Shown: positions 1 to 10,954, counted from the stretch's first letter. The stretch is DNA of 64,000 nucleotides from an uncultured Chloroflexia bacterium (GCA_963734535.1 CAVTHS010000004.1:64001-128000); one strand, 5' to 3'. The notes: generated from the sequence alone by a model not told the origin. Program-made: numbers and translations.

Positions 1-2211
1 ACCGGATCTTGACGCGATACGTGGCGGTTCCGACCTTCACCGTCCGGTAGGTGACGCGCGACCGGCCCGGCTGAGTGACCGAGATCGAGGGGTTGGCGCG
101 AAGTGCCTCAACCGAGACGAGCGTGATCGTGACGGTCTGGCCCGCGGCCGGGGTCGTGTCGGACGCCAGGATCCGGATCCCGCCGCTGTAGACCCACGTC
201 TGCTCGGTCGTGGTCGTCGTCCCGTCGGCGACGGTCACCTGCGAGAGGTATCGTCCGCTCGGCGCGAGCGCTCCCGTGTCGGTGCGGCCGTCCCAGCGCA
301 CGGCGTGCGGGCCGGCGTCGAGCTGTGCCGCCGTGTACCACGTCCGCACGGGAAGTCCGGCCGCCGTGGTGACCTGCCAGGTGACGGTGGCCGGGCGCGA
401 GAGCGCGACGGTGAGGGTCGAGACCCGCGGGTCCGTCCCGCGCGCCGCGGGCGCGATCCAGGCGGGCGCCGCGGCCACGCCGCTTCGGGTCGTGGCGATC
501 ACGACCGGCGCGGTGACGCGAGGGCTGGCGCCGCCGGCCGCGTCGCTGGCGGTGACGTCGAGGACGTACTGGCCGTCCGGCACCGGCGACCCGGCGTCGG
601 CGCGGCCGTCCCAGGTGATCGCGCCTGGTCCCGCCGCCGCGGCGAAGGCGATGGTGCGGACCGTCGTGCCGGCCGCGTCGCGGATCGTGGCCGCGACCGC
701 TGCGCGCTCCGAGAGCGTGAACGCGAGGCCAGCGGAGTCGTTCATGCCGTCGCCGTTCGGCGTCACCAGGATCGGCGCGCCCGGGACACCGCTGGCCGTC
801 AGCACTGGCGGGGTCGCGTCCAGGGTGAGCGCGGCCCGCGCCATCGCCGGCGGGCTGCCCCAGGCATCGCCCGCCGTGACGACCACGGTGTACGAGCCGT
901 CCGGGGCAGGACGCCCCGTCTCATCGCGGCCGCCCCACGCGGCTGCTCAGGGTGGGACCGGAAGCGGCGAAGGTTGCGACGCTGGCGCCGGCGGAGCTGA
1001 CGATCGAGACCGACCAGTCGACGGCCTTGCTCGCGGTGGCGGAGATCGTCACGACCGCGCCCAGGGTCGGGTTGAACGCCGACGGGGCGACGGCCAGGTC
1101 GCGGATGGCGGGTGGCGTCCCGTCGCGCGGGCTCAGGCCTGCCGGACCCACGTAGCCCGCCCGCGCCCCGTCCACCGTGGCCACGCGGTAGGCGAGACCG
1201 CCGGTCGGCGCGGACACGGACGCGAGAAGGCGGAGGTGCGTGCCATCCGGAAGGAGCGCCGGGGCGGCGCCCGTCGCCGGGTCCGGTGCCAGGTTCGCGT
1301 CCGGGTAGATGCCGACGCCGCCGGCACCGGTCACCTCGGCCGCGCCCGGCACGACCAGCGCGACCGGGCTCGACGACGGGCCCGCGCGAACGGGCGCCCG
1401 TGACGTCGTCGGTACGGAGGGCGGGCAGCGCGACCATGGAACGGTAGAACCCGCTGGGCGGGGCGGCAACGTCGGGATCCGAGTAGGCCGTCAGCCCGGG
1501 CGTCCGGCTGCTCGCGAACGTGAAGGTGTTGCCGGCGGCCCATGGCTTCGTCCGGAAGAGCTGGTCCAGGGTCTGGTGCGTCGTGAAGAGCTGGTCCACG
1601 TACCACGCGGTGTCGGAATGCGCGTCGGCGATCACGGCGCGGGCGCCCGCCTGCAGGAAGCCGGCCGCGAAGTTGTCGATCCGCGCCTTCGCGACCGTCA
1701 GGCTCGGCGCGGTCTGGCCCGGCTCGGAGTTGCCCGACGCGTAGCAGAGGTGCGCAAGGATCACGACCGCACCAGGCGCCAGCCGCACCTCGCCGCCGAT
1801 GTAGGACTCACCGTAGTAGCGGTTGTTGCTGTCGCCCTGGCCGGCGGCGGCGTTGAGCCCGAGACCGTCCTGTCGATCGGGCCAGAGCGTCGAGAGGTAC
1901 GGGCTGGGATAGCCGTTCCCGTGGCCCATGTAGACGACGATGCTCGCGCCCTGCATCGCGGCCTTCACGGCCGACCACGTCGCGTTCGGGCTGTACACCT
2001 TCACCACGTTCGAGGAGTACTGCGTCGCGGTTGCGTAGACCGTGTCCATGTATGCCCGGTAGGAGGACGTCGTCGACTCGGTGGCACCGACGATCAGGAC
2101 GACCTTCGGGTCGGCAGAGGCGGCTTCCGCGGCCCGCACGCCGGGGGAGGGCGCGACGATGCCGGAGACGGCCAGCAGGCCGGCGATGAGGACGGGAACC
2201 AGTCGGCGCAC
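1..2211 (-). CDS. Secreted protein: N-terminal His/Cys (caspase/gingipain-like) domain plus FlgD-like Ig repeats; two frameshifts (~1385, ~935); runs off the left edge
   Basis: GTG at 2211 with AGGAG SD; signal peptide VRRLVPVLIAGLLAVSGIV; motifs YMGHGNG and AHLCYASG; stitching frames gives three W(G/D)GR-x-G-x-P-x-G-x-Y repeats. Confidence 0.75.
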
Positions 2212-2460
2212 GAAGAGGCACTCCTGTCTCGTGGGAAGCAGGACTACCTTGGCCGTCGAGCGAGGCCGCCTCAATCGCCCGGTCGGCGCGACCGGCCCCC
2301 GACCATCGGGCTACCGCGGGCCACGAAACCAGGGCGAGCCGAGTGCGGGCCGGCTCGGTGCGGTGCGGTCTGCGGCACCGAGGTGCGCAGCGCACCCTCC
2401 GGCGCGCAGGGCGTGGCGTCGGGCGCGCGGCAGCGCGCCGGGTTCCGCGCGCTGGTGGCG

Positions 2461-3103
2461 TCACTCCGCGCGCGAGGCGCTCCACGAGCTGGGCCAGCGA
2501 CGGGTTCGAACGGTCTCGCCCGGACAGGATCGGGCGGCCATCCGCCTGGCCGGGAACGACGGGCCACGGGACGGCGGCGAGCGGATCGTCCCATCCGAAG
2601 CCGAGCTCGTCGGTGTCGTCGTATTCGGCGGTCACCAGGTAGACGAGCGCGAGCGCCTCGAGCGCGAGGAAGCCGTGGGCCACCCCGGCCGGGATGGTGA
2701 CCGTGGAGTCGGCCACCAGCTCGCGCGTCTCGACGATCGGCCGTGTGCCGCTGCCGTCGAGCAGCGGCCGCGCGTCGACGAGGGCGACCCAGGCGCGGCC
2801 GTCTGCCACGACCCAGTAGTCGAGCTGGCGTCGGTGCAGGTGGAGACCCCGGAGAACGCCCGCGGCCGATGTCGACAGGTTCGCCTGCATGAAGCGAGGC
2901 TCCGGCATCGCGGCTCCGGTCGGACCGCCACTCCCGGCGAGCGCCTCGATCGCGGTCGAATCCCCGATCCCGGCCGAGCCGGCGAACCAGCCTGCCCGCC
3001 ACAGCTCGCGGAAGCTCCCCCGCTCGTCCGCGTGGCGCGCGATCGAGCCCCAGCGGACGCCGCGGATCGCGGAGGCGGCACCGGTCCGGGTCGGGTCGCT
3101 CAT
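2461..3103 (-). CDS. rfbC: dTDP-4-dehydrorhamnose 3,5-epimerase (stop probably lost to an indel near 2465)
   Basis: DERGSFRE, QANLSTS, GVLRGLHLH, PAGVAHGF, WDDP motifs; the called ORF reads on to 1808 over the next gene; out-of-frame TGA at 2461-2463. Confidence 0.88.
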
Positions 3104-3110
3104 GGGCGGT

Positions 3111-4109
3111 TCACCGGCGGGCCGCCGCGGCGCGGTCACGCACGAGGATCGGCACGTAGTCGGCGAAGGCGGCCTGCCACGCGCGCAGGTGCTCGCCCGA
3201 TGGCGGCAGGGTCGGCTCCAGGACGGCCCACGCGGGCGGTGAGGAGGGCCGCGTCCACGACGACAGCGGGATCTCGACGATCGGGACGTCCACGCCGACG
3301 GCGGCGAGCACGTGGCGGGCCCAGCCCGCCCGCGAGACCGAGCCGCCGTTCACGATGTGGTGAATGCCCGCGAAGGTCCCGGCGGCCAGCAGGTCGAGGA
3401 TCGCCTCCGCGAGGTCGGGCGCGAACGTCGGCGAGCCGACCTCGTCACCCACGACCTTGAGCGTCTCGCGCGCCGCCCGCGCCCGGTCCGCGGCTGACAG
3501 GATGCGGGCCGGGAAGTCGTTGCCGGGCGGGCCGTACAGCCACGCCGTGCGGACGATCGCGAGCTGCGGGACGGCCGGTGGCGACGCCGTGCCCGGATCG
3601 GCGGCAGGCACTGCGCCCGTGCCCGCAGGCATGCCGGCGGACGAGCGATCGACCACGGCGCCGTGCCGCAGGAAGGCAGCCTGCGCCGCCGATTCGCCGG
3701 CGAGCTTGCTGGTACCGTACGAGTTGCGGGGTCTCGGCCGGTCCCCGGTGGCGTAGCCGCGGCCGTCGGTCCGGCGTCCGTCGAACACCTCGTTCGTCGA
3801 GACGATGACGAGGTCCGCGCCCCCCTGGACGCAGGCCTCCGCGAGCTCGGCGACGGCCATCGCGTTCCGGCGCATCGCGCGCTCGGGCTCACGCGCACAG
3901 CCGTCCACGTCCGTCCAGGCCGCGGTGTGCACCACGACCTCCGGCGCCGTCATCCGGACACAGCGGGCGGCCGCCTCCGGATCGTCGATGTCGTAGGTGG
4001 GGCGGCTCCAGGCGAGCGGCCCGAGCGGACCCGTGAACGGGGCGTCCTCGAGCGCCGCGATGAGCGCCCGGCCAAGCCGTCCCCCGGCGCCCGTGACCGC
4101 GACGCGCAT
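3111..4109 (-). CDS. rfbD: dTDP-4-dehydrorhamnose reductase
   Basis: VAVTGAGGRLG, HTAAWTDVDGC, STNEVFDG, YGTSKLAGE, RTAWLY; TGATG overlap with rfbB. Confidence 0.93.
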   Translation of the reverse strand: MRVAVTGAGGRLGRALIAALEDAPFTGPLGPLAWSRPTYDIDDPEAAARCVRMTAPEVVVHTAAWTDVDGCAREPERAMRRNAMAVAELAEACVQGGADLVIVSTNEVFDGRRTDGRGYATGDRPRPRNSYGTSKLAGESAAQAAFLRHGAVVDRSSAGMPAGTGAVPAADPGTASPPAVPQLAIVRTAWLYGPPGNDFPARILSAADRARAARETLKVVGDEVGSPTFAPDLAEAILDLLAAGTFAGIHHIVNGGSVSRAGWARHVLAAVGVDVPIVEIPLSSWTRPSSPPAWAVLEPTLPPSGEHLRAWQAAFADYVPILVRDRAAAARR

Positions 4110-5239
4110 CAGCCCCCCGCCCCCTCCGCGGACGCGGAACCGCCCACCGTGGCGCCAGCCGCGGGCCCCGCGTTCGCGATCCGATCGGCGTACTGGCGCT
4201 CGTAGTACGCGTCCCACTCCCCGGACCGTGCCGCGCGCCACCATGCCTCGTTCGCCCGGAACCAGTCGATCGTGGCCGCCAGGCCGTCGGCGAAGGCGAC
4301 CCGGTTCGTCCAGCCGAGCGCGGCCAGCTTGGCGCCGTTCATCGCGTAGCGCCGGTCGTGTCCCGGCCGGTCCTCCACGGAGCGCACGAGCGACCACGGC
4401 TTCCCGAGATGCGCCAGGAGGAGCGCCACGACGTCGCGGTTCGGGACGAGGTGGGAGCCGGGCACGTTGTAGATCTCGCCCGCCGTGCCATGGCGCAGGA
4501 CGTGGTCGATCGCCCCGGCATGGTCGGCCACGAACAGCCAGTCGCGAACCTGCAACCCGTCGCCGTACAGCGGAAGCGGCCGGTCGTCGATCGCGTTCGT
4601 GACGAAGAGCGGGATCAGCTTCTCGGGATGGTGGTACGGCCCGTACGTGTTCGAGCCACGGGTGATGACGACGTCCAGCCCGTACGTGACGTGGTAGCTC
4701 CAGGCGAGGAGCTCACCGGCGGCCTTTGCCGCCGCGTACGGCGAGCGCGGCCCGAGCGGATCGCCTTCGCGCGAGAAGCCGACCGCAACGGACCCGTAGA
4801 CCTCGTCCGTGGAGACCTGGACCATCCGCGGCGCGCGTGGACGCTGGCCCGCCGCGGCCCGCTCGGATTCCCGGCGCATGGCCTCGAGCAGCACGTGGAC
4901 CCCGTCCACGCCGGTCCGCAGGAACGCGGACGGGTCCAGGATGGAACGGTCGACGTGGGACTCGGCGGCGAAGTTGAGGACGGCGTCCGCGTCGGCCAGG
5001 AGCGGTCCGACGACCTCGGGATCGGCGATGTCGCCGCGCACGAACGTGAATCGTGCGGCCTGCTCCGGGTCTGCCTCCACCGGGGCGAGGTTCGCGCGGT
5101 TGCCCGCATATGTCAGCTTGTCGAGCACCGTGATGTGTGTGCCGTCGTGCCGGGCCAGGACGTCGCGGACGTAGCAGCTGCCGATGAAGCCGGCGCCCCC
5201 GGCCACGAGGAGACGCGCGCCCGGGCCGAGGGCGCTCAC
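4109..5239 (-). CDS. rfbB: dTDP-glucose 4,6-dehydratase
   Basis: GGAGFIGS, DKLTYAGN, AAESHVDRSI, VSTDEVYG, YAAAKA, DRPGHDRRYA; GTG at 5239 overlaps the rfbA stop. Confidence 0.95.
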   Translation of the reverse strand: MSALGPGARLLVAGGAGFIGSCYVRDVLARHDGTHITVLDKLTYAGNRANLAPVEADPEQAARFTFVRGDIADPEVVGPLLADADAVLNFAAESHVDRSILDPSAFLRTGVDGVHVLLEAMRRESERAAAGQRPRAPRMVQVSTDEVYGSVAVGFSREGDPLGPRSPYAAAKAAGELLAWSYHVTYGLDVVITRGSNTYGPYHHPEKLIPLFVTNAIDDRPLPLYGDGLQVRDWLFVADHAGAIDHVLRHGTAGEIYNVPGSHLVPNRDVVALLLAHLGKPWSLVRSVEDRPGHDRRYAMNGAKLAALGWTNRVAFADGLAATIDWFRANEAWWRAARSGEWDAYYERQYADRIANAGPAAGATVGGSASAEGAGG

Positions 5240-5997
5240 GCGACCGGCCGCTGCGGCGGTGCGGCGAGCTCGCCGGCGTCGTCGGCCGCGGAGGCGAGCT
5301 CGGCGGCGCGGAGGAGCGACGAGACCGTCCCGGCGTCGGCCCAGTGCCCCTCGAACCGCGGCGCGAACAGGCCCCCGGCGCCGATGTAGTGGTTCAGGAC
5401 GTCGGTGATCTCGAGCTCGCCCCGCCCGGATGGCGCCAGGCGGTCGATGACGCCGAAGGCATCCGGGCGCAGGAAGTAGACGCCGATCGGGATCAGGTCG
5501 CTCTTCGGGTGTGCAGGCTTCTCCTCGAACCCGATGACGCTGCCGTCGGCGGCCAGCTCGGCGACCCCGAAGCGCTCCGGGTCCGGCACCTGGAAGAGGA
5601 GCGTCCCGGCACCCCACGACCCGGACTCGAACTCGCGGGCAACGGCCGTGAGCGCAGGGCCCCGCAGGATGTTGTCACCAAGGACGCAGCAGAAGGCGTC
5701 ATCGCCGACGAAGTCGCGGGCCAGCCCGATGGCGTGGGCGATGCCGAGCGCGCCACGCTGGTAGCGGTAGGTGAGGCGGAGCCCGAAATGCTCGCCGTCG
5801 CCGAGGAGCTCCACGACGTCGCCGACGCTCTTCCCGCCGACGATCACCATCACCTCCCGGATCCCCATCCCCGCCAGCGTCTCGAGCGGGTAGTAGATCA
5901 TCGGGCGATCGTAGATCGGCAGGAGGTGCTTGTTCGTCACGATGGTGAGCGGGAAGAGCCGGGTCGCCGTGCCGCCCGCCAGGATCACGCCCTTCAT
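5236..5997 (-). CDS. rfbA: Glucose-1-phosphate thymidylyltransferase (short form)
   Basis: MKGVILAGGTATRLFPLT, NKHLLPIYDRPMIYYP, EKP, SGRGELEITD, WADAGT. Confidence 0.93.
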   Translation of the reverse strand: MKGVILAGGTATRLFPLTIVTNKHLLPIYDRPMIYYPLETLAGMGIREVMVIVGGKSVGDVVELLGDGEHFGLRLTYRYQRGALGIAHAIGLARDFVGDDAFCCVLGDNILRGPALTAVAREFESGSWGAGTLLFQVPDPERFGVAELAADGSVIGFEEKPAHPKSDLIPIGVYFLRPDAFGVIDRLAPSGRGELEITDVLNHYIGAGGLFAPRFEGHWADAGTVSSLLRAAELASAADDAGELAAPPQRPVA

Positions 5998-7004
5998 GGC
6001 GCCGGGCTCGTCGACGGCGACGCCGTGGGGCGCTTCGTCGCGCGCGGCGTCGGGGCGGGCGTCGCGAACGGCTGCTCCGAGCCGGGCAGCGTCCCATCCG
6101 GGTTCACCTGGTCGGTGGGCAGGTCCGTCACATCCGGGATCCCGCCCTGGTAGTCCGTGATCACGAGCACCACCTCCAGGCGATCCAGGTCGATTGCCGG
6201 GTCCAGGTACGCCGTCTGGATGACCGCATTCGGGTCGCGGGTCGCATCGACCACCTGGCCGATGACCAGTCCCTTCGGGTAGGGGGACCGGATCCCGCTG
6301 CCGAGCGTGATCCCGGCCGTGACGACCTCGTCGCCGATCGTGACCCGCTGCGTGGCATCCACCTTGTCCATGACGAGCTGCCCCCCGAGCGCCCCGACCA
6401 CCTCGCCGGTCGCGCGGTTCGAGACGACCTCCCCGATCACGGTCGACGTCGGATCGTTGATGAGCACCACGCGGGCGGCATGCGATCCGATCTGGGTGAC
6501 CCGCCCCGCGAGCGCGCCGCCCCGGCCCACGACCACGTCGCCGACGGCGAGCCCGTCCAGGGTCCCGCGGTCGATGGTCACGACCCGGCTGACGTCGGCC
6601 ACGTCGCGCCCGATCACGCGCGCGGCGACGGTCGAGTACTGGAACGAGCCGCGGATCTGGAGGAGCGTGGAGAGCTGCTCGTTCTCGGGTCCCAGCGCCC
6701 CGAGGCGGAGGTTCTCCGCCGTGAGCCGCTCGTTCTCCGCCTTGAGCGTCCCGTTGTCGCGTCGCAGCTGGTCGATCTCGGCAACCGCGTCGATCACGGA
6801 CCGCGCCTGGACACCCACGGCGTTGACCGCGTCCTGGGCCGGGGAGAGCGCGAACGCCAGGCCGCGCTGGAGCTCCAGGGCGACCGACGTGGAGCTTGTC
6901 GCCATGAGCAGGATGGAGACGGAGAGCAGGATCCCGTAGGCGACGAGGCGCCGTCGCACCACCCGCGGCGTCCGGTGCCCGTATCCCAGGAGGCGGCCCG
7001 ACAC
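5994..7004 (-). CDS. mreC: Rod shape-determining protein MreC
   Basis: N-terminal TM, coiled coil (ENERL..ENEQL), ARVIGR, IDRG..DG, GDEVVTAG, YPKGLVIGQV; follows mreB. Confidence 0.93.
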   Translation of the reverse strand: MSGRLLGYGHRTPRVVRRRLVAYGILLSVSILLMATSSTSVALELQRGLAFALSPAQDAVNAVGVQARSVIDAVAEIDQLRRDNGTLKAENERLTAENLRLGALGPENEQLSTLLQIRGSFQYSTVAARVIGRDVADVSRVVTIDRGTLDGLAVGDVVVGRGGALAGRVTQIGSHAARVVLINDPTSTVIGEVVSNRATGEVVGALGGQLVMDKVDATQRVTIGDEVVTAGITLGSGIRSPYPKGLVIGQVVDATRDPNAVIQTAYLDPAIDLDRLEVVLVITDYQGGIPDVTDLPTDQVNPDGTLPGSEQPFATPAPTPRATKRPTASPSTSPAP

Positions 7005-7024
7005 GATCGTCGACCCTCGGCTGC

Positions 7025-8077
7025 CTAGCGCGGCGGCCGGGCGTACGTGTCGGAGACCAGCACCCGGCTCATGCGATCCAGCTCCTGGAGCACCACGCCG
7101 GTCCCGCGTGCGACGCAGGTCAGCGGGTCGTCCGCGATGTGGACCGGCATCTGGGTGGCCTCCGCGACGCGCCGATCGAGGCCCAGGAGGAGCGCCCCGC
7201 CGCCGGCGAGCACCACGCCCTGGTCCATGATGTCGGCGACCAGCTCCGGCGGCGTCTCCTCGATCGTGTCCTTGATCGTGTCGACGATCTGCTGGACGGA
7301 CGGCTCGATCGCCTCGCGGATCTGGTCGGCGCCCACCTCGACGCCGCGCGGCAGGCCGGTCAGGAGGTCGCGACCGCGGAGCAGGACGCGCTGGCTGTCC
7401 CAGTCACCCGGATAGCCCGACCCGATCGCGATCTTGATGTCCTCGGCCGTTCGCTCGCCCAGGAGCAGGTTGTACTCGCGACGGGCGAAGTTGACGATGT
7501 CCACGTCCATCTCGTCGCCGCCGATGCGGATGCTGCGGCTCACCACGATCCCGCCCAGGCTGATCACGGCGACCTCGGTCGTGCCGCCGCCGATGTCGAC
7601 GATCAGGCTGCCGGTCGGCTCGGAGACCGGGAGGCCGGCCCCGATCGCGGCCGCCATCGGCTCCTCGATGAGGCGCGCCCAGCGTGCGCCGGCGTTGAGC
7701 GCGGCGTCCCGGACCGCGCGCTTCTCCACCTCGGTGACACCCGACGGGACGCCCAGGATCATCCGCGGTCGCGGAATCAGGCCGATCCGGTCGTGCACCC
7801 GGTGCACGAAGTACTTGATCATCTGCTCCGTCACGTCGAAGTCGCTGATGACCCCGTCGCGGAGCGGGCGGATGGCGACGATGTTGGCCGGGGTCCGGCC
7901 GACCATCCGCTTCGCTTCGGCGCCGATCGCGAGGACCTTGCGGGTCTTCGCGTCGATGGCGACGACGCTCGGCTCGCTGATCACGATCCCACGGTCGCGG
8001 ACGTGGACCAGCGTGTTGGCAGTCCCGAGGTCGATCCCGATGTCGCGGGAGAAGATTCCGAGGAGCGCGTCGAGCAT
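7025..8077 (-). CDS. mreB: Rod shape-determining protein MreB
   Basis: DIGIDLGTANT, EPSVVA, RPLRDGVISDF, EEPMAAAIGAG, DIGGGTTEVA, LAGGGALL. Confidence 0.98.
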   Translation of the reverse strand: MLDALLGIFSRDIGIDLGTANTLVHVRDRGIVISEPSVVAIDAKTRKVLAIGAEAKRMVGRTPANIVAIRPLRDGVISDFDVTEQMIKYFVHRVHDRIGLIPRPRMILGVPSGVTEVEKRAVRDAALNAGARWARLIEEPMAAAIGAGLPVSEPTGSLIVDIGGGTTEVAVISLGGIVVSRSIRIGGDEMDVDIVNFARREYNLLLGERTAEDIKIAIGSGYPGDWDSQRVLLRGRDLLTGLPRGVEVGADQIREAIEPSVQQIVDTIKDTIEETPPELVADIMDQGVVLAGGGALLLGLDRRVAEATQMPVHIADDPLTCVARGTGVVLQELDRMSRVLVSDTYARPPR

Positions 8078-8179
8078 GATGCGGGCGGATTTCCTTGGAC
8101 TGAAAGTTCGGGTGGAGCTCGGGGCGCGTCGTGAGGGCGACCGGCGCGAGGCGGCGCGACCGGGCGCGGACGCCCGCGG

Positions 8180-8185
8180 AGTATA
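8180..8185 (-). promoter_or_regulatory. Candidate -10 element (TATACT) for mreB
   Basis: agtata on the + strand, about 100 nt upstream of the mreB ATG. Confidence 0.5.
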
Positions 8186-8264
8186 CCGCCCGCGGCGGTT
8201 CGGTCAGGGGGTGGATCCCTGGCGGGTCCCCGTCGACGTCCGTGCCCGTCGAACCAGGCGCCGC

Positions 8265-9027
8265 TCAGCCGGCCGCGGCCCGCAGGCCGCTGCGAGCCGG
8301 GCCGGTCGAACGAGATGCCGCGATCGCGAAGCGAGACGAACGCCGCGTGGCCGATGACGAGGTGATCGAGCAGGTCGATGTCGAGGATCCGGCCGGCGGC
8401 GAGCGCTTCCGCGGTGAGGTGGAGGTCATCCGGGCTCGGGGTCGGATCGCCACTCGGGTGGTTGTGGACGAGGATCGTGCCCGCGGCGTTGATCCGGACC
8501 GCGTCGCGGAACAGCTCGCCGATCCGGACCAGCGAGGCGCTCACGTTGCCCTGGTAGACCGTGACGACGCGGAGGACCACGTTCTTCGTGTTCAGCAGCA
8601 CCACCCGCAGCTCCTCCCGCTCGAGCGAGCCCATCTCCACCATCAGTCGCTCCGCCACGTCGCGCGGGGCGCGCACCGTCCAGCGGCCCTGCGGCCACGC
8701 CTCCGCGGCGCGACGACCGAGCTCGAAGGCCGCAGTCAGCTGGGCTGCCTTCGCGATCCCGACGCCGGACAGGCCGCGGAGCTCGAGCTCTCCCGCCCGG
8801 GCCAGTCCCGCGAGGCCGTCGTGGCGCGACAGCGCCTCCTCGGCGAGACCCAGGGCGCTGACGCCATGGGCGCCGGAGCCCCACACGAGCGCGATCAGCT
8901 CGGCCGCAGACAGGCCGGCCACCCCGCGGGCCGCGAGGCGCTCGCGTGGGCGCTCCGCCGGCGGGATCTCGCGGAGCCGCCGGCCAGCCGGTCGAATGGC
9001 CGGGGCGGCCGAACCGGGGTCGATCAC
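8265..9027 (-). CDS. radC: RadC / UPF0758 JAB-domain protein (3' end uncertain, probable indel)
   Basis: ERPRERL, GVGIAKA, HNHPSGDPTPSPDD, LLDHLVIG; GTG at 9027 with AAGGAGG SD; the called ORF reads into mreB, alternative stop at 8265. Confidence 0.9.
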
Positions 9028-9295
9028 CGGGCACCTCCTTGACGGTCTGGTCGTGGGGTTCCCGGGCCCGAACAACGGAGCCCGCCAATTCCTCCGCCAT
9101 CCGGACCCGAGAACGCAGCGGATCCTATCCGGGGAGCATCACCGCGGACTCAACGCGACATTGCCGGGCGCTCAACCGGGCGATCGCAGACCGGGCGCCC
9201 GGCGGGCGGACCGGCGGACCGGTCGGCGGACGCCCGGTCCGGGGAAGGGTCCGCCGATCATCGCGCCGGCGACCGGGGCGGGCGGGCCGAGCTGC

Positions 9296-10313
9296 CTAGC
9301 CTGTCGCGACCCGTGAGCCCGCCAGGAGGAAGAGGACGAGCGGGATCCCGTTGTAGACGGCGTGCAGGGCGATCGGCGCCGCGAGCGTGCGCCTGCGCAG
9401 GAAGACCCAGCCGAGCAGGAGCCCGACCGGGATCCGGATCGCGAACGCGATGAGCGCGACGCGGAGCCCCGTCGAGAAGTCGCTGCCGAGAACGGTGATC
9501 ACGTGGACCAGGGCGAAGAAGAGCCCGGCGCGGACGATCGCCGCCCGCGGGCCGGCGGTCCGTGCCCAGGCGGTGGTCGTGAAGCCGCGGAAGAACAGCT
9601 CTTCCCAGAACGGCGCGACGGCCACCGCAGCCACCAGGTTCAAGGTCGCCCCGAAGGGGTCGCGGGTCGGCGGAAGGGTCGGGTCCGGGGCCGCGCCGAG
9701 CAGCGCGATCAGGAGGGCAGCGAGGAACGCCGCCGCAAGGATCGCGGGAACGGCGAGCGCGGCGCCCCAGGCGACGTCCTCGACCAGCGAGCCCTCGCCG
9801 GGCGCCGGGCCGCCGGAACCCGAGGTCGGCCCAGCGCAGGGCGCCGGGCCCCACGACGAGCAGGCCGATCAGGCCCACCGACACGAGGCCCGAGATCAGT
9901 GACGAAAGAAGGACGGCGGCCTGGTCGCCGATCCGGACCCCGCCGGCGTCGAGGGCGACCGCCACCACGTTGGTCACGAACAGGCTGGCCAGGAATGCGG
10001 CGACGAAGACGAGGTACGGGGAGGGACCGGCGTACCCCGCGACCCCGTCGGCCGTGCGCTGGAGGCCCTGCGCACCGGCGGCCGCCACCAGGCCGAGCGA
10101 GAGGATCCCGAACCCGCCCACGAACAGCCACGGTCCCGCGCCACCGCCCCCGGCGGCGAGGCCCACGAAGAGGGCGGCGAGGCCGAGCGCGGTCAGGCCG
10201 AGCGCCGCTGCGTACAGGCCGGGGGCAGCCCGACCATCGAGGTCGAACGCGCCGCGCCGAACCGGTCCGGGAACGGCCGGTGCGCCCGTCTCCGCGGGGT
10301 CGATCGGGTTCAG
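9296..10313 (-). CDS. CPBP (CAAX protease/Abi family) intramembrane metalloprotease; frameshift ~9815
   Basis: EELFFRG, FALVH, HAVYN motifs in 9296..9643; multi-TM N-terminal part in frame 9258..10166, extendable to CTG at 10313. Confidence 0.85.
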
Positions 10314-10954
10314 GGCCGCGGCGTCGGGCTGGGCGCGGTCGCGCCCGCCGCCGCCGGCGCGGCTCGGCGGGTCCGGACGCGGGCGACCGGCGCGGGCGCG
10401 GCCGCGGGAGCAGCAGCCGGCCCGGCCCCGCCCCGGATCGCGGGCGCCGGGACGGCGCCGATCGCGCCAATCGGGCGGTCGAAGTCACGGCCGCACCACG
10501 CGCACAGCGACCACTCGAATCCCACCAGCCGGTTGCAGTTCGGGCAGACACGCTTGAGCCGCGTTCGACAGGTGGGACACAGGATCCACTCCTCGTGGAC
10601 CTTCCGGCCGCACGTCGCGCAGTGCTCGATCGCGTCGATCTCCGCGAGCAGCGCCTCCTCGGCGAGACCGCGCTCGTACGCCTCGCCCAGCCGCTCCTGG
10701 GGCCGCACGATCTTGTAGATCGCGACCGCGAACAGGAAGAGGACGGGCGTGAAGCCGATGACGAGTGCCGCCGCGAGATAGGGCAGGATCGGGTTGGCCG
10801 TCCGGAGCTGCATGTCGCGGAAGGCCCAGAAGGCCGCCGCGAGCCAGACGATGACGATGTAGATGCCGATCGCCTTGATCCCGAGCTGGACGATCGGCGT
10901 GGCGAAGAACGACCCGATCGCGTCACCGATGCCCGAGAGGAAGTCGAGGTTCAT
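10310..10954 (-). CDS. Membrane-anchored double zinc-ribbon protein
   Basis: Two TM helices, then CATC..CPTC..CPNC..CAWC; Ala/Pro tail. Confidence 0.85.
   Translation of the reverse strand: MNLDFLSGIGDAIGSFFATPIVQLGIKAIGIYIVIVWLAAAFWAFRDMQLRTANPILPYLAAALVIGFTPVLFLFAVAIYKIVRPQERLGEAYERGLAEEALLAEIDAIEHCATCGRKVHEEWILCPTCRTRLKRVCPNCNRLVGFEWSLCAWCGRDFDRPIGAIGAVPAPAIRGGAGPAAAPAAAPAPVARVRTRRAAPAAAGATAPSPTPRP

Noticed and set aside
9030-9180. Possible 6S RNA or SOS box upstream of radC
   Set aside because: Short 6S-like words occur in the wrong order, and there is no GAAC-N4-GTTC match
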